A stretch of 64,000 nt of DNA from Candidatus Heimdallarchaeum endolithica (GTDB taxonomy: Archaea > Asgardarchaeota > Heimdallarchaeia > Heimdallarchaeales > Heimdallarchaeaceae), in the NCBI GenBank assembly GCA_021513715.1, contig CP084167.1:1792001-1856000 (forward strand), given 5' to 3'. Under the pieces are notes generated by a model. It did no database searches and was not told the DNA's origin. It saw only the letters and a list, made by a program, of their open reading frames with translations. The translations under genes were made by a program, and so were the position numbers. Positions 49,916 to 60,910 of this stretch are shown piece by piece. The number at the start of each line of letters is the position of its first letter. The stretch's first letter is position 1.

Positions 49916-51079
49916 ATGAACAGAGTTTTTATTATCGGAGTAGGTCTAACGAAATTTGGAAAGCATGAACAGTTAAGTACAAGGGATCTTTTTTTTCATG
50001 CTTCAAAAAAAGCTATCGCAGATGCGAAAATAGATATTAATGAAATCGATGGAATATATTTTGGGAATCTTTCTTCTGACAGATTTGAACACCAAGCTCA
50101 CACAGCAGCAATTAATGCATCTAATATTTCTTTTCGTCATCTTCCTTCTACAAGAATAGAAGATGCATGTGCTTCAGGAGGAGTGGCAGTAGCACAAGCT
50201 TACTTAGCAATAAAATCAGGGCTTCATGACACTGTTCTTGTAGCTGGAGCAGAAAAAATGACTAATCTAAGCACACCAGAAGTTACAGATGTTTTAGGTA
50301 CATGTGCAGATGATATATACGAACTCCCCCACGGTATAACATTTCCAGGCTTGTATGCATTAATGGCAAGAGCACACATGCACAAATATGGTACTACAAG
50401 AGAACAAATGTCAATGGTTGCAGTAAAGAACCACTTTAATGCTTTAAAAAACCCTTATGCTCAATTTCACAAAGAAATAACGTTAGAAAAAGCAATGAAC
50501 TCCATTATTGTTTCAGATCCATTAAATTTGTATGATTGCTCCCCTATTACTGACGGAGGCGCTGCAATTATATTAACCTCTGAAGAAAAAATAAAAAATC
50601 TTGATGTTAGTCCTGTTGAAATTGTAGGTGTTGGGCAAGCTTCTGATTCTATTAGTTTAGCCAACAGAAAATCACTTACAAGCATTGAAGCAAATAAAAT
50701 TGCAGCAAAACGAGCTTATAATATGGCTCAGATTACTCCAAAAAACATTGATATTGCTGAAGTACATGACTGTTTTACCATTGCCGAAATAATTAATATT
50801 GAAGATTTAGGCTTTTTTGAAGAAGGAAAAGGAGGAAAAGCAGTTGAAGAAGGAACAACAGCAATTGATGGTGATTTGCCAATAAATACAGATGGAGGAT
50901 TAAAAGCTAAAGGACACCCTATTGGTGCTACAGGAGTTGCACAGATTATCGAATTGGTTCACCAGATCAGAGGAACAGCAGAAAATAGGCAACTAAATGG
51001 TATAAAATATGGACTTGCTCAAAATATGGGGGGCTCTGGAGCAACTAGTGTAGTAAACATTCTTAAGGAGGTTGATTAG
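49916..51079 (+). CDS. Archaeal thiolase (acetyl-CoA C-acetyltransferase)
   Basis: EDACASG, AVKNH, EVHDCF, GGLKAKGHPIGATG. Confidence 0.93.
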   Translation: MNRVFIIGVGLTKFGKHEQLSTRDLFFHASKKAIADAKIDINEIDGIYFGNLSSDRFEHQAHTAAINASNISFRHLPSTRIEDACASGGVAVAQAYLAIKSGLHDTVLVAGAEKMTNLSTPEVTDVLGTCADDIYELPHGITFPGLYALMARAHMHKYGTTREQMSMVAVKNHFNALKNPYAQFHKEITLEKAMNSIIVSDPLNLYDCSPITDGGAAIILTSEEKIKNLDVSPVEIVGVGQASDSISLANRKSLTSIEANKIAAKRAYNMAQITPKNIDIAEVHDCFTIAEIINIEDLGFFEEGKGGKAVEEGTTAIDGDLPINTDGGLKAKGHPIGATGVAQIIELVHQIRGTAENRQLNGIKYGLAQNMGGSGATSVVNILKEVD

Positions 51080-51452
51080 AGTGGAGTCAATTCTAAATAG
51101 TTTTATTGAAGGATTAAAAAACGAGAAAATTCTATATAATCGATGTAATCAGTGTAAGAAAAATTTTCTTCCACCAACTTATCACTGTCCTACTTGTGGG
51201 AATGACAAATTAGAAATAAAGGAAGCTCAAAAAGAGGGTACAATCGAAACTTTTACTGTTGTTCATGTTGCTCCAACAGACTTTGTCAAAGAAGCTCCAT
51301 ATATAGTAGGAATAGTTCAACTCAACGATGATTTAAGGATAATGGCACGTATTAAAAGTACACAAAATGAGAATATAAATGTAGGAGACAAAGTAAAAGC
51401 AGCATTTGATAAAAAAAAGCAAGATGCATCTATTCTGTTCTTTACTTTTTAG
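51072..51452 (+). CDS. DUF35 Zn-ribbon/OB-fold thiolase partner
   Basis: CNQC...PP...CPTC, GTIETFT, APYIVG. Confidence 0.9.
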   Translation: MIRVESILNSFIEGLKNEKILYNRCNQCKKNFLPPTYHCPTCGNDKLEIKEAQKEGTIETFTVVHVAPTDFVKEAPYIVGIVQLNDDLRIMARIKSTQNENINVGDKVKAAFDKKKQDASILFFTF

Positions 51453-51455
51453 ATT

Positions 51456-51854
51456 TTATATTTCTCCAACTAACTTTAATCCTTTTTTTCCAACCAACGT
51501 TACATACAAGAGTCCTTCTTTATGAAGTCTTTTTCTCAGATTGACATCTGTTGTTGCTACAATTCCATCATATTCTTTTGCTAGGCGAACTAATTCATCA
51601 TCAGTGTGTCCTTCAGTTCTTGAAGGTATAATTTCGAATTTTTGAGCAATCGCTAGAGCCAACCTTGCTTTATTTTGCACAGATGGTTTTCCGTTCTCTA
51701 CTAAGTTTTGCAGTTCTTTTATTACAATCTCTGGAATAACAACTTTAGAAGAAAAAGGTAAAGATTCTATTTGTCCTAAATTTAATTTTTTCTCGGCTGG
51801 TAACATCAAAATACAGCTATCTAGAAATACTAACCGCTTTTTTACTGAAATCAT
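51456..51854 (-). CDS. PIN-domain protein (Fcf1/Utp24-like)
   Basis: LDSC, EL, TDD, ATTD..L; follows aIF2-gamma. Confidence 0.88.
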   Translation of the reverse strand: MISVKKRLVFLDSCILMLPAEKKLNLGQIESLPFSSKVVIPEIVIKELQNLVENGKPSVQNKARLALAIAQKFEIIPSRTEGHTDDELVRLAKEYDGIVATTDVNLRKRLHKEGLLYVTLVGKKGLKLVGEI

Positions 51855-53134
51855 TTGTCATCAATTATTTCTCCAACTCCAATTAGACGGAACCTTCTTT
51901 GTATCCTTCGAGATATTGCAACTTTTTCTTTAACTCGAGAAGATATTTCTCTTGTTAACTTAACCTTGACCCATTCTCCTTTAATTTCTGTAATTACACC
52001 AGCAGTTTTTGCTGTCCCCACATTTAACATTAAAGTTTCATTTTTAGCTAATGGTTGTACTTCTGTAATTTCTTCCGAACCCACCACATACTTCATCAGT
52101 TGAACTTTCATTGTTAATTCGCTAAGAATTGGGGGTGAATGACCCGGAGATGTAACAATATTTCCAGACATCTTATCCGCCCTAGCAAAAGAGGGATCAA
52201 GATCTGTTCCTAATCCGACTAGACCACCAGAATGAGCAACATCTGTAAAACCTTGATCTCCTATTGCAATGCTTACCACTTTGGTTTTTATTGGAACATA
52301 TTCAGTTTTTTTACCTTTTTTAAGAGAAAGGCCTGGCACGATCTCAATTTCATCGCCAACCCTTACTACACCACTTTTAATGGAACCACCTAAAACTGCT
52401 CCTCTGAGTTTTTTAGGTTTTGTTCCTGGGCGATTAATGTCAAAGGAACGTGCAACGTGCATTTCAAACGGACTTTCTTCATCAATTTTAGGACTAGGTA
52501 TATTTTCTTCAATTGCTTTGATAAGCAGATCTAAATTTGCTTTATGCATTGCACTAATGGGAATAATGGGAGCGTTTTCAGCTATTGTCCCTTTTATAAA
52601 ATCTTTTATTTGTTGATAATTTTTCTTTGCTTGCTCTTCAGATACAAGTTCAATTTTGTTTTGAGCAATTACAATATTTGAGATACCTAAAATTTCCATT
52701 GCAGCTAGATGTTCTCGTGTTTGAGGTTGAGGACACTCAGTATTAGCCGCAATAAGTAAAATTGCACCATCCATTATATTTGCTCCAGAAAGTAGGGTTG
52801 CCATAAGAATTTCATGTCCTGGACAATCAACAAAAGAGACTTTTCGTAATAATTCTGTTTCAACATTATGTACAGGGCATATTTTTTCTGTTGTGTAACA
52901 CTCAGGATCACCACATTGAGGACACTTTCGAAATTCTGCATCTGCATATCCGAGTCTTATGGAAATCCCTCTTTTTAACTCTTCTGAGTGAGTATCAGGA
53001 AATTTTCCAGAAAGAGCTTGAACTAGCGTTGATTTACCATTATCTACATGTCCAATTGTCCCAATGTTTACTTCGGCTTGGACAATAGTTTCACTCTTTT
53101 TATTAGACGGTGTGTTCTTTTGTTCTTTGCTCAT
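51851..53134 (-). CDS. eif2g: Translation initiation factor 2 gamma
   Basis: GHVDNGKST, RGISIRLGY, DCPGHE, QNKIE. Confidence 0.96.
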   Translation of the reverse strand: MSKEQKNTPSNKKSETIVQAEVNIGTIGHVDNGKSTLVQALSGKFPDTHSEELKRGISIRLGYADAEFRKCPQCGDPECYTTEKICPVHNVETELLRKVSFVDCPGHEILMATLLSGANIMDGAILLIAANTECPQPQTREHLAAMEILGISNIVIAQNKIELVSEEQAKKNYQQIKDFIKGTIAENAPIIPISAMHKANLDLLIKAIEENIPSPKIDEESPFEMHVARSFDINRPGTKPKKLRGAVLGGSIKSGVVRVGDEIEIVPGLSLKKGKKTEYVPIKTKVVSIAIGDQGFTDVAHSGGLVGLGTDLDPSFARADKMSGNIVTSPGHSPPILSELTMKVQLMKYVVGSEEITEVQPLAKNETLMLNVGTAKTAGVITEIKGEWVKVKLTREISSRVKEKVAISRRIQRRFRLIGVGEIIDDK

Positions 53135-53646
53135 CTTAAGTCCTTATTATCTACTGGATTAATATAGTTAATGGTGTTAAACCATGCTAAATTTTTGTTT
53201 ACATATTTTATTGAACAGTCAAATACAAAAAATAAACAGTCGAATACAAAAAATAGGAAAATACATGAAAAGAAAAAAAAATAATACGTATCGAATAATG
53301 ATTTCCAATTATCATACAAAAACAGCAACAAAAAAAATAAACAACTTTATTCTTGAACTAATATAGAGATATTCACTAATTTTTAATCATAGATTTAATA
53401 GATAGTCAACGTGTGTTTCAGCCCTTCAATTTTAAAAAATGCAATATTACAAACATAGTGCAAGAATATAAACACCAACAATAATTATTATTTTTTTCTT
53501 GTAAAAAACAGATGCAAGATAAAAAATTTCACGAGTTATGGCATTTTTACTAGTTTAAACTATTTAAACCAGCGTTTTTGGTAAAAGGATTTAAAAAGAC
53601 AACTGAAAACGTTAATTTAACCTACAAAAAGGGATGTATCTGAAAA

Positions 53647-53907
53647 ATGGCAATTTCTTCAGGAACAACAAACCTAAAGTTAGATACGCAAAAGATTGAA
53701 CTGCTAGAAAAGCTACCTCCAAGTGCAAGAAGAGTTTTTAAGATTGTGAAAGAAAAAGGCCCAATTACGAGCGCAGAAATCGTAGAAATTTGCAATTTAG
53801 CGCCACGAACCGTTCGACATGGACTCAAGCTGCTTGTAAGAGCTGGTCTAATAGAAAAACTACCGCACTTACTAGATATGAGATCAAGTAAATTTTATTG
53901 TGACTAA
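53647..53907 (+). CDS. Small winged-helix regulator (MarR-like)
   Basis: LPPSA..V...GPIT..EI...LAPRTVRHGL..L, D.R..FY. Confidence 0.85.
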   Translation: MAISSGTTNLKLDTQKIELLEKLPPSARRVFKIVKEKGPITSAEIVEICNLAPRTVRHGLKLLVRAGLIEKLPHLLDMRSSKFYCD

Positions 53908-54064
53908 ATCTATTAAGTCAATCTTTTTATTTTCGTTTTTAATATCGATTTCTGTTTTCTCTATTAGAAATGTACTTACGGGTACTCAAGAGTTTTTTCA
54001 ATTTAAGTGGTTGATTTTTTCAAAAAGCTTTAATTTGATTAAGTTTCAATTTAAAATGAATATC

Positions 54065-55261
54065 ATGTTAATAGGAATTGTAGGAAAACCAAGTGCTGGA
54101 AAAAGTACATTTCTCAATGCACTTACAATGGTTGGAGCTAAAACTGGCTCTTATCCCTTTACGACTATTGAACCAAATAGAGGAACTGCTTATGTAAGAA
54201 CAAAATGCAAATGTACAGAATTAGGTGTCAAAGATAATCCAAGAAATAGCATCTGTGAAAATGGTTTTCGATTTTTACCTATTCAATTTTTAGATGTTGC
54301 GGGTCTTGTTCCAGGTGCATCTGAAGGAAGGGGATTGGGAAATAAATTCTTAGACGATTTACGCCAAGCCGATTTGTTGATTCATGTTGTTGATGCAAGT
54401 GGGTCATTAGATGCTGAAGGGAATCAAGTTAATAAAGGAAGCTGGGATCCATTGAAAGATGTTTCGTTTTTAGAGGATGAAATAGATTCTTGGATTAAAA
54501 ACATAATTACTCGTGATTATATAGGAATGAAAAAGAAGGCTGAAGCAGAAAAGATAAGGTTATCAAAGTTATTAACTGAAAAACTTTCTGGATTAAAGAT
54601 TTCTCCTTCTGATATTTCATCGTCTATCTTCGAATCAGATATCATTGATGATGACCCTAAAACATGGGATGAAAATTTGGATAATCTTGTTACCATAATT
54701 CGAAAAAAATCCAAGCCTATAATCGTAGTAGCAAACAAGATTGATCAAGAAACAGCACACGAAAATTATGAAAGAATGAAAGAAATTCTTAAAAAAGATG
54801 TTTTTCCTGCTTCTGCACTTTCTGAGGTCGTATTAAGGTCAGAGCAAGAGAAGGGTACTATTAGTTATACCCCTGGAGATTCAGATTTTAAAATATTAGA
54901 TGAAGAAAAATTAGGGAAGAAGAAGGAAATTTTGTTAAAGATAAAACATGAAATTTTAGAGAGATATGGATCAACTGGTATTCAAAAAATACTAAATTAT
55001 ATTGTATTTGATAAAATGAAAATGATTGTTGTATATCCTGTCGAAGATTTAACAAAGTACACTGACAAAGATGGAAATGTCCTACCTGATGCTTTTTTAG
55101 TACCGAAAGGGACTACAACTATTGAGTTTGCAGGAAAAATACATTCTGATTTTGCGAAAAACTTCATCAATGGACAACTTGCCCCCTCAGGAAGAAGAGT
55201 AGGAGCAGATTATGAATTACAAAACAACGATGTAATAAAAATAAATGCAGCAGTAAAATAA
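54065..55261 (+). CDS. ychF: Obg-family YchF-like GTPase/ATPase with TGS domain
   Basis: [30 protein letters not shown]; start taken at MLIGIVG. Confidence 0.92.
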   Translation: MLIGIVGKPSAGKSTFLNALTMVGAKTGSYPFTTIEPNRGTAYVRTKCKCTELGVKDNPRNSICENGFRFLPIQFLDVAGLVPGASEGRGLGNKFLDDLRQADLLIHVVDASGSLDAEGNQVNKGSWDPLKDVSFLEDEIDSWIKNIITRDYIGMKKKAEAEKIRLSKLLTEKLSGLKISPSDISSSIFESDIIDDDPKTWDENLDNLVTIIRKKSKPIIVVANKIDQETAHENYERMKEILKKDVFPASALSEVVLRSEQEKGTISYTPGDSDFKILDEEKLGKKKEILLKIKHEILERYGSTGIQKILNYIVFDKMKMIVVYPVEDLTKYTDKDGNVLPDAFLVPKGTTTIEFAGKIHSDFAKNFINGQLAPSGRRVGADYELQNNDVIKINAAVK

Positions 55262-55322
55262 ACTTATTGCAATATGACAAGTAAATAAGAAAGGAATAAG
55301 AAAAAAATCATAAGTAAAGTCT

Positions 55323-57620
55323 TTAAAGTTCATAATCATGTGTATGAAACATTACATCACGGTTTACAGCTGCTTTAAACATCTGTAGAAGTAATTCATT
55401 GTCTGTTCTAATTGCTACAGGTACAGCATCAGGCACCAAAAATGCAAAGATTGCTTCGTCAAAACCATCCTTAATACCACAAAAAACATCCTTTTTGTCG
55501 TATTGTCTTAATTTCAGACCTACAAAGCGTTCTTTTAAGTTTATCAAGGCATTTCTAAATTTTCCTGAAGAAAAGTCAGAAACTAGTGTTACTCTATTTG
55601 CTTTTGTAAACATCGCCATTTCTTCCAACAAAGATTCTTCTAAGTATGGTGTTATTACCAACAACTCCCTACTAGCCCGCATACTTAAATCAGTTAAACT
55701 TGCTAGAATTGCTTCCTCACCAACTATCACCGACACATTATGATGTCCTTTGATGTTAACAGAATTTGCGGCTTTATCGATCTGTTTTAATTCATCTTCT
55801 CTTGTATTTATCACTTGATAATATGCAGATGCTTTTTCTCGCAATGATGCTAATTTTTCCATTATTGCTTCATCAACATCCTTAATAACAGAAGCAACTT
55901 GAGCCACAATAGTGTCAATTTGTACTTCTTCTGCTTCAATTATTTTGGATGTAAGTTGCTCCTTTATTTTTTCTGTTTTTTCTTCCATAATTTTCATATC
56001 ATCATTTATATGGTTTGCAATTTCTTCTTTAGTTTTTATTACTTTATTGGCAAAGTCTTTATCAAAGACTGCAAGTTTTTCTTTAAAATCTCCACCAATT
56101 TTTTGGATATCTTCTTTTGTTTTATTTAGTTCCGTATTTACTTCATTCTTGAAATCAATCATAGTCTTAGAATGCTCATCATGGAATTGTTGGATATTTC
56201 CTATAATATTAGAAGACGTATTATCCATACTTTCAGAAATAGTTTTAATTAAATTTGAACTTACCTCTTTACATGAATCGTAAGAAGATAAAACATATTT
56301 CTCGACTTCATTTTGAATTTTATTCAAAAGTTCATCAGGTAGAAGTTCTGTTTTCTCAGTTGTTTCTGCTATAATTTGACTCTTTTTTGTTTTAATACTA
56401 GTTGCTCCATTCAATTGGAAATGATCTATTTTCTCGCGCAATTTGTCCTTTGTTTCATTAATTTTTAAAACATGTTGATCAACTATTTGAAGACCACTTT
56501 CTGAGAAATTATTTGCAAGAGATCTCATACCATCTCTTACTTCTTGTAATTTTTCGATTAAAGGACTTGCTTTCTTTTTCTTCAAGTCTTCTGCTAGGTG
56601 TAAAGCATCGACTATAGTAGAAGAAAGTTTGTTAATATTTCTATCAATTTGTTCTACTGATCTTCTTAATTCCTGTGTTTGGCGAGTTTGCTCTGTTAAG
56701 ATAACATTAATATTTTGTTGTAATGATTCAGCCAATATACGACTTTCCTTAACCCAAGCTTCAAATGTATCTTCCCATATCCCTCTATATTTTTTCAGGA
56801 ATTCTTCTTGCAATTCATTTGCATAGTTTAAATGTTCTTTTAAAACATTATCAAGTTCTGGAGCAAATTTGTCCAGAAAATCTTTATGATTTTCTGTATG
56901 TGATTCAAGCCCATTTTTTAAGATTTTGAATAATTCTGAAAAGTCAACTGAAAGCTGCTGTTCAATATTATTTTTATTCAACTCACTTCTTTTTTTTGCA
57001 GAATGTTCAAATTGTTTAATAAAAGCATCTAATTCTTTTAAATAAGATTCCATTCTAAGGGAGATAGCAATTGATTGATTTTGTGCTTCAGCTATTTCTT
57101 TAGAGATCAGGTTAACTGTTTCATCAAGAATTTTAAATGATTCATTTTCAATTGTTTCTGACATTTCAACAAACTGGGAGTTAACAGAATCAGTAAGTTG
57201 TTTTATTAATCCACTAACGATATGAATATCAAATATATGTTCATCACTTGAGTTATCTAATTTACCACCAAACTGTTTCCTTTTCTCTTGATAGGATGTT
57301 GCATCTTTTTTTAAGCTGTTTATTATTCCTTCAATAGCATATAAGGTGTCACGTTCGACTGTAATGTATTGTTTCAAAAATGGAAAAACGGCTAGATATT
57401 GTGGAGTTAAACCTTTAATTTTTTTAAGAAAACCAATTTCTTCTAGGTTTTTTACTGATTGAACTGTTGATAGAGCGTCTAATTGAGTTATAACCATGAT
57501 TTCGCCTATCGTTGCTTTCCCCAATCCAAGTACTGTTGTATATATCTTTATATCATTTTCATTTAAACCAATTCTGGTTAATAATGGAGGTAATATGTTA
57601 ACATCACTCATTTGTTTCAC
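55323..57620 (-). CDS. TrmB-HTH / ~500-aa coiled-coil / TrmB-PLD-like protein
   Basis: GLNENDIKIY...LEEIGF..Y.A..P HTH; long helical middle; GEEAI...A..ELLVITP C-terminal domain. Confidence 0.8.
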   Translation of the reverse strand: MKQMSDVNILPPLLTRIGLNENDIKIYTTVLGLGKATIGEIMVITQLDALSTVQSVKNLEEIGFLKKIKGLTPQYLAVFPFLKQYITVERDTLYAIEGIINSLKKDATSYQEKRKQFGGKLDNSSDEHIFDIHIVSGLIKQLTDSVNSQFVEMSETIENESFKILDETVNLISKEIAEAQNQSIAISLRMESYLKELDAFIKQFEHSAKKRSELNKNNIEQQLSVDFSELFKILKNGLESHTENHKDFLDKFAPELDNVLKEHLNYANELQEEFLKKYRGIWEDTFEAWVKESRILAESLQQNINVILTEQTRQTQELRRSVEQIDRNINKLSSTIVDALHLAEDLKKKKASPLIEKLQEVRDGMRSLANNFSESGLQIVDQHVLKINETKDKLREKIDHFQLNGATSIKTKKSQIIAETTEKTELLPDELLNKIQNEVEKYVLSSYDSCKEVSSNLIKTISESMDNTSSNIIGNIQQFHDEHSKTMIDFKNEVNTELNKTKEDIQKIGGDFKEKLAVFDKDFANKVIKTKEEIANHINDDMKIMEEKTEKIKEQLTSKIIEAEEVQIDTIVAQVASVIKDVDEAIMEKLASLREKASAYYQVINTREDELKQIDKAANSVNIKGHHNVSVIVGEEAILASLTDLSMRASRELLVITPYLEESLLEEMAMFTKANRVTLVSDFSSGKFRNALINLKERFVGLKLRQYDKKDVFCGIKDGFDEAIFAFLVPDAVPVAIRTDNELLLQMFKAAVNRDVMFHTHDYEL

Positions 57621-57824
57621 TCACATATAAATTAAATTTTATTTATTTTTTATCTCTAATGTCATACTAAGCAGTATAGATTTTAAATTTTTGTTCTCAA
57701 AAACAAAAAACAAGTTTAAAAAACTGTATATACTTTAACCTTTTACAATCTACTATCAACATCAGATAAATCAAAAAATGTAACAAAAACAAAAAATGTA
57801 AACAAAAAATGGGATAAGGAAAAG

Positions 57825-58388
57825 CTAAGCATATAATTTTTCATAGAAAAGTACAATGTTTTTTAGCAGAGTTTTAAATGCTTCATCAACGTTTTCACCT
57901 GTCTTTGCTGAAGTTTCAATGTATGGAACTGCAAAGCCTGACCAAGATGATAATGATCTTGCATATTCTTCTGCTTGTTCCCGTAATATTGGGTCTTTTG
58001 CTGTTTCTCTTAAATCAGATTTATTTCCAATTAAAACAATTGGTACTACACGATTATGATTATTTTTTAATAATTCTGCAATCCATGCAGGTATATTCTC
58101 AAATGATGACCTGCGAGAAATATCAAAAACAAGCAGACAACCAGATGTCCCACGATAATAAACTTCGCGTACTGCAGAAAATCGTTGTTGTCCAGCTAAG
58201 TCCCATATTTGTGCCACGAAATCTTGTTGATCTATTTTTAATCTTTTTACTGCAAAATCTGCACCAATTGTCATGCTATATCCTTCTTTAAATCCCTCTC
58301 CCAAGTATGTTTTTCTGAGTGATGTTTTCCCTACAGCACCGTCACCGAGTAATGTTACTTTGAAAATTTTTCGCTGTGATGAACTCAT
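57825..58388 (-). CDS. Rab-like small GTPase
   Basis: GDGAVGKT, TIGADF, WDLAGQ, YYRG, NKSD, ETSAK; no C-terminal prenylation Cys. Confidence 0.95.
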   Translation of the reverse strand: MSSSQRKIFKVTLLGDGAVGKTSLRKTYLGEGFKEGYSMTIGADFAVKRLKIDQQDFVAQIWDLAGQQRFSAVREVYYRGTSGCLLVFDISRRSSFENIPAWIAELLKNNHNRVVPIVLIGNKSDLRETAKDPILREQAEEYARSLSSWSGFAVPYIETSAKTGENVDEAFKTLLKNIVLFYEKLYA

Positions 58389-58592
58389 TATTTATTCCCC
58401 AATTAACTCCAATTAGTAATGACTAAATTAGCACTATAAATTAATTACTTTGTAATGCTTTAAATATTTTGCTTACTAGGAAAAGTTTTTCAAACTGATA
58501 ACAAAAAAAAAATCAAATTTTAAAAACTACAACTTAAAAAAATAAGAAATTTATCAAAACAAGATAATTAAGCTTAAAAGTTACTGAAAAAA

Positions 58593-59261
58593 GTGAAAAA
58601 CATGAATAATATTGCTAATATCGTTCTTGAAAGACTTTTAGAACATTATGATATTAAAACAAAGAAGTTTTTACAGAATTATTCAACTCCTTTTCAGCTA
58701 TTAGTTGCAGCTTTATTAAGTGCACAAAGCACAGATAAACAAGTAAATAATGTTACAAAAAAACTCTTTGAAAAATTCCCTGACCCAAAATCTTTTGCAA
58801 GTTCAGCTCCAAAAGAGATAGAACAATATATTAAAAGCGTAGGTCTGTATAAAAATAAAGCCAAGAATATCTATGATCTTTCTAATGTTTTAGTAAACGA
58901 ATATAATTCAGCAATACCTAAAACAATTTCAGACTTAATCAAATTACCAGGTATTGGAAGAAAGACTGCTAATGTTGTCTTAAATGATTGGTTTAAAATA
59001 AATGAAGGAATAGCAGTAGACACTCATGTACAGAGAATTAGTTATCGTATAGGTTTAACAAAAAACACCAACCCAAGAAAAATAGAACATGACTTGATGC
59101 TTCTTTTTCCAAAAGATAGTTGGGATATCATAACTCGATTATTTATTTCTCATGGGAGAGAGATTTGTTTAGCTCGTAATCCAAAGTGTAATATATGTTT
59201 TTTAAACGATATTTGTCAAAAAAACATTATCAAAAAAACATTGTCAAAGAAGAGAAATTAA
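58593..59261 (+). CDS. nth: Endonuclease III
   Basis: LSAQSTD, LPGIGRKTA, VDTHV, C-x6-C-x2-C-x5-C. Confidence 0.95.
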   Translation: MKNMNNIANIVLERLLEHYDIKTKKFLQNYSTPFQLLVAALLSAQSTDKQVNNVTKKLFEKFPDPKSFASSAPKEIEQYIKSVGLYKNKAKNIYDLSNVLVNEYNSAIPKTISDLIKLPGIGRKTANVVLNDWFKINEGIAVDTHVQRISYRIGLTKNTNPRKIEHDLMLLFPKDSWDIITRLFISHGREICLARNPKCNICFLNDICQKNIIKKTLSKKRN

Positions 59262-59284
59262 GCAAAAAAAAGAAAATAACATTG

Positions 59285-60043
59285 CTAAATAACTGTTGTA
59301 TCAAAATTTGGGTCTAGTTCTACTGTATCATCCTCTTTAAGTTGTACTATCTTTATTTCCTCTAATTCTTTAAGATACTGTTTTGTTTGGCTTAAGGAAA
59401 TACCTAACACAAAAGACAACTGCATTTGAGAAATTGATTGTAACTGCTTCAACATACTTATAATTTTATATCTTGGATCCGTAGAAACTAGTTTTTGTGT
59501 TATCTCTTTAACTTTATTCCATTGTTCTTTTTCTTCTATTATATTATTCAACTCTTTTTCGATTTCAGATTTTTTCACTGAAAGAGCAACTACTTGATCA
59601 GACAATTCATAGATTAGTTGTTCGCGTTCTTCTAGCATGCTAACAAGTCTAGAGATATATTCCTTTTGTTCATCAACGATAGAATACTGCTCCTCTTGAT
59701 TTAAAGTTTCTTCTTGTTTTTTGTACTTCGTTCTATCAATATCTAGCTCTTTTAACAATTTCTCTTTTTCATCAATATCTGAAGAACTATAGAAAAGAGT
59801 AATTAACCTATAGAATTCCGATTTTATTTCACTTAAGAGAAACTTGGTGGAACTATCAATTTGCTCTTTAATCATATCTACTACTGAAGCGATTTCAAAA
59901 GGAAGGCCATTGCTTGTACTTGTTTGAGAAATAGGTGTATGTTTTTTCAAATCTTCTTTTAAAGCTTGTATTTCATTGGACAATTTTATAATCTCAGTAA
60001 GGATTCTATCTTTTTCGTTATTTTTGTTTTCTTCTAGTGTCAT
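59285..60043 (-). CDS. Coiled-coil protein with C-terminal winged helix
   Basis: Heptad-rich body; DPRYKII...LGISLSQTKQYLKEL. Confidence 0.75.
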   Translation of the reverse strand: MTLEENKNNEKDRILTEIIKLSNEIQALKEDLKKHTPISQTSTSNGLPFEIASVVDMIKEQIDSSTKFLLSEIKSEFYRLITLFYSSSDIDEKEKLLKELDIDRTKYKKQEETLNQEEQYSIVDEQKEYISRLVSMLEEREQLIYELSDQVVALSVKKSEIEKELNNIIEEKEQWNKVKEITQKLVSTDPRYKIISMLKQLQSISQMQLSFVLGISLSQTKQYLKELEEIKIVQLKEDDTVELDPNFDTTVI

Positions 60044-60051
60044 TTTTCTCC

Positions 60052-60882
60052 CTATATCTTTGAGGTTGATTCTATCTTGAATCCTTCTTCTTCTGATGGA
60101 GAAACATCTAATACCTCACTTATGTATGCAACACCCATCAGTTTGCTTATTGAAAATGTGTCCCTTAACCTTGAACCAATTCTATCTCTCGTAAAATGAA
60201 AAATTCCTTGAGCATAATTTAAAATAATTTGTTCAGCAACAGGATTCAGAATATTTTGTGGGAGCAAAAAGAAGTGCACTCCACCCATTTTAGAAAACAT
60301 CTGAATTATTTCTTTCATAAAGCTAATCAGTGCATTATGATCATCATCTAGTTGATCTTCCTTTAACCATAAGAGGTCATCAAAAACGCTGAAACAATTT
60401 TTTTTCTGCGTTTCTTTAACATGCAGTATTTTTTCTATAATACGTTTAATATATGTTCTTCTTTTTACTTCTATTCTTCCAATTTTTAAAGAAGTAGTCG
60501 TGCTGCTAGCCATATCATACATATTTTCAAAGAAAAAAGATTTATCCTTAACACTCATTATATCCCAATTATAAGCAGTGTATGATTGTTTTACAAGTTC
60601 AAAAGGTTTACTGCTATGGACATAAAAAACACGGTTGAGATCAGTTTTTTGAGCCCAGTTAAGAACAATACGTTGTACAAATAATAGAGGAATTACTGAG
60701 GATGCAGGGTAAGAAACAACAATTACAGAACCTGAGGGAATACCTTGTCTTGCCGACATTTCCATACCTAATTTTTGATCTAAAGAACGAATCCCAGTTT
60801 TAATTAACCCTGTTGAAACAGTAGACTCTGCACCTACTTTACCTATTCGCTCAATGTTTCCTCTTGTGTTATTGAAACTCAT
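60052..60882 (-). CDS. KaiC/RAD55-like RecA-fold protein with degenerate Walker A
   Basis: IKTGIRSLD...GIPSGSVIVV, then YPASS in place of GxxGxGKT; VFDD; ISKLMG. Confidence 0.75.
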   Translation of the reverse strand: MSFNNTRGNIERIGKVGAESTVSTGLIKTGIRSLDQKLGMEMSARQGIPSGSVIVVSYPASSVIPLLFVQRIVLNWAQKTDLNRVFYVHSSKPFELVKQSYTAYNWDIMSVKDKSFFFENMYDMASSTTTSLKIGRIEVKRRTYIKRIIEKILHVKETQKKNCFSVFDDLLWLKEDQLDDDHNALISFMKEIIQMFSKMGGVHFFLLPQNILNPVAEQIILNYAQGIFHFTRDRIGSRLRDTFSISKLMGVAYISEVLDVSPSEEEGFKIESTSKI

Positions 60883-60910
60883 TTTCTAACCCCGCACAGA
60901 GTAGTTAATA

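Noticed and set aside
53131-53366. Two short overlapping ORFs
   Set aside because: Low-complexity AT-rich sequence with no motifs
53900-54064. Hydrophobic N-terminal extension on YchF (similarly RFC-L and the TIM-barrel protein)
   Set aside because: Artefact of longest-ORF calling; promoter-like motifs and better ATGs lie downstream
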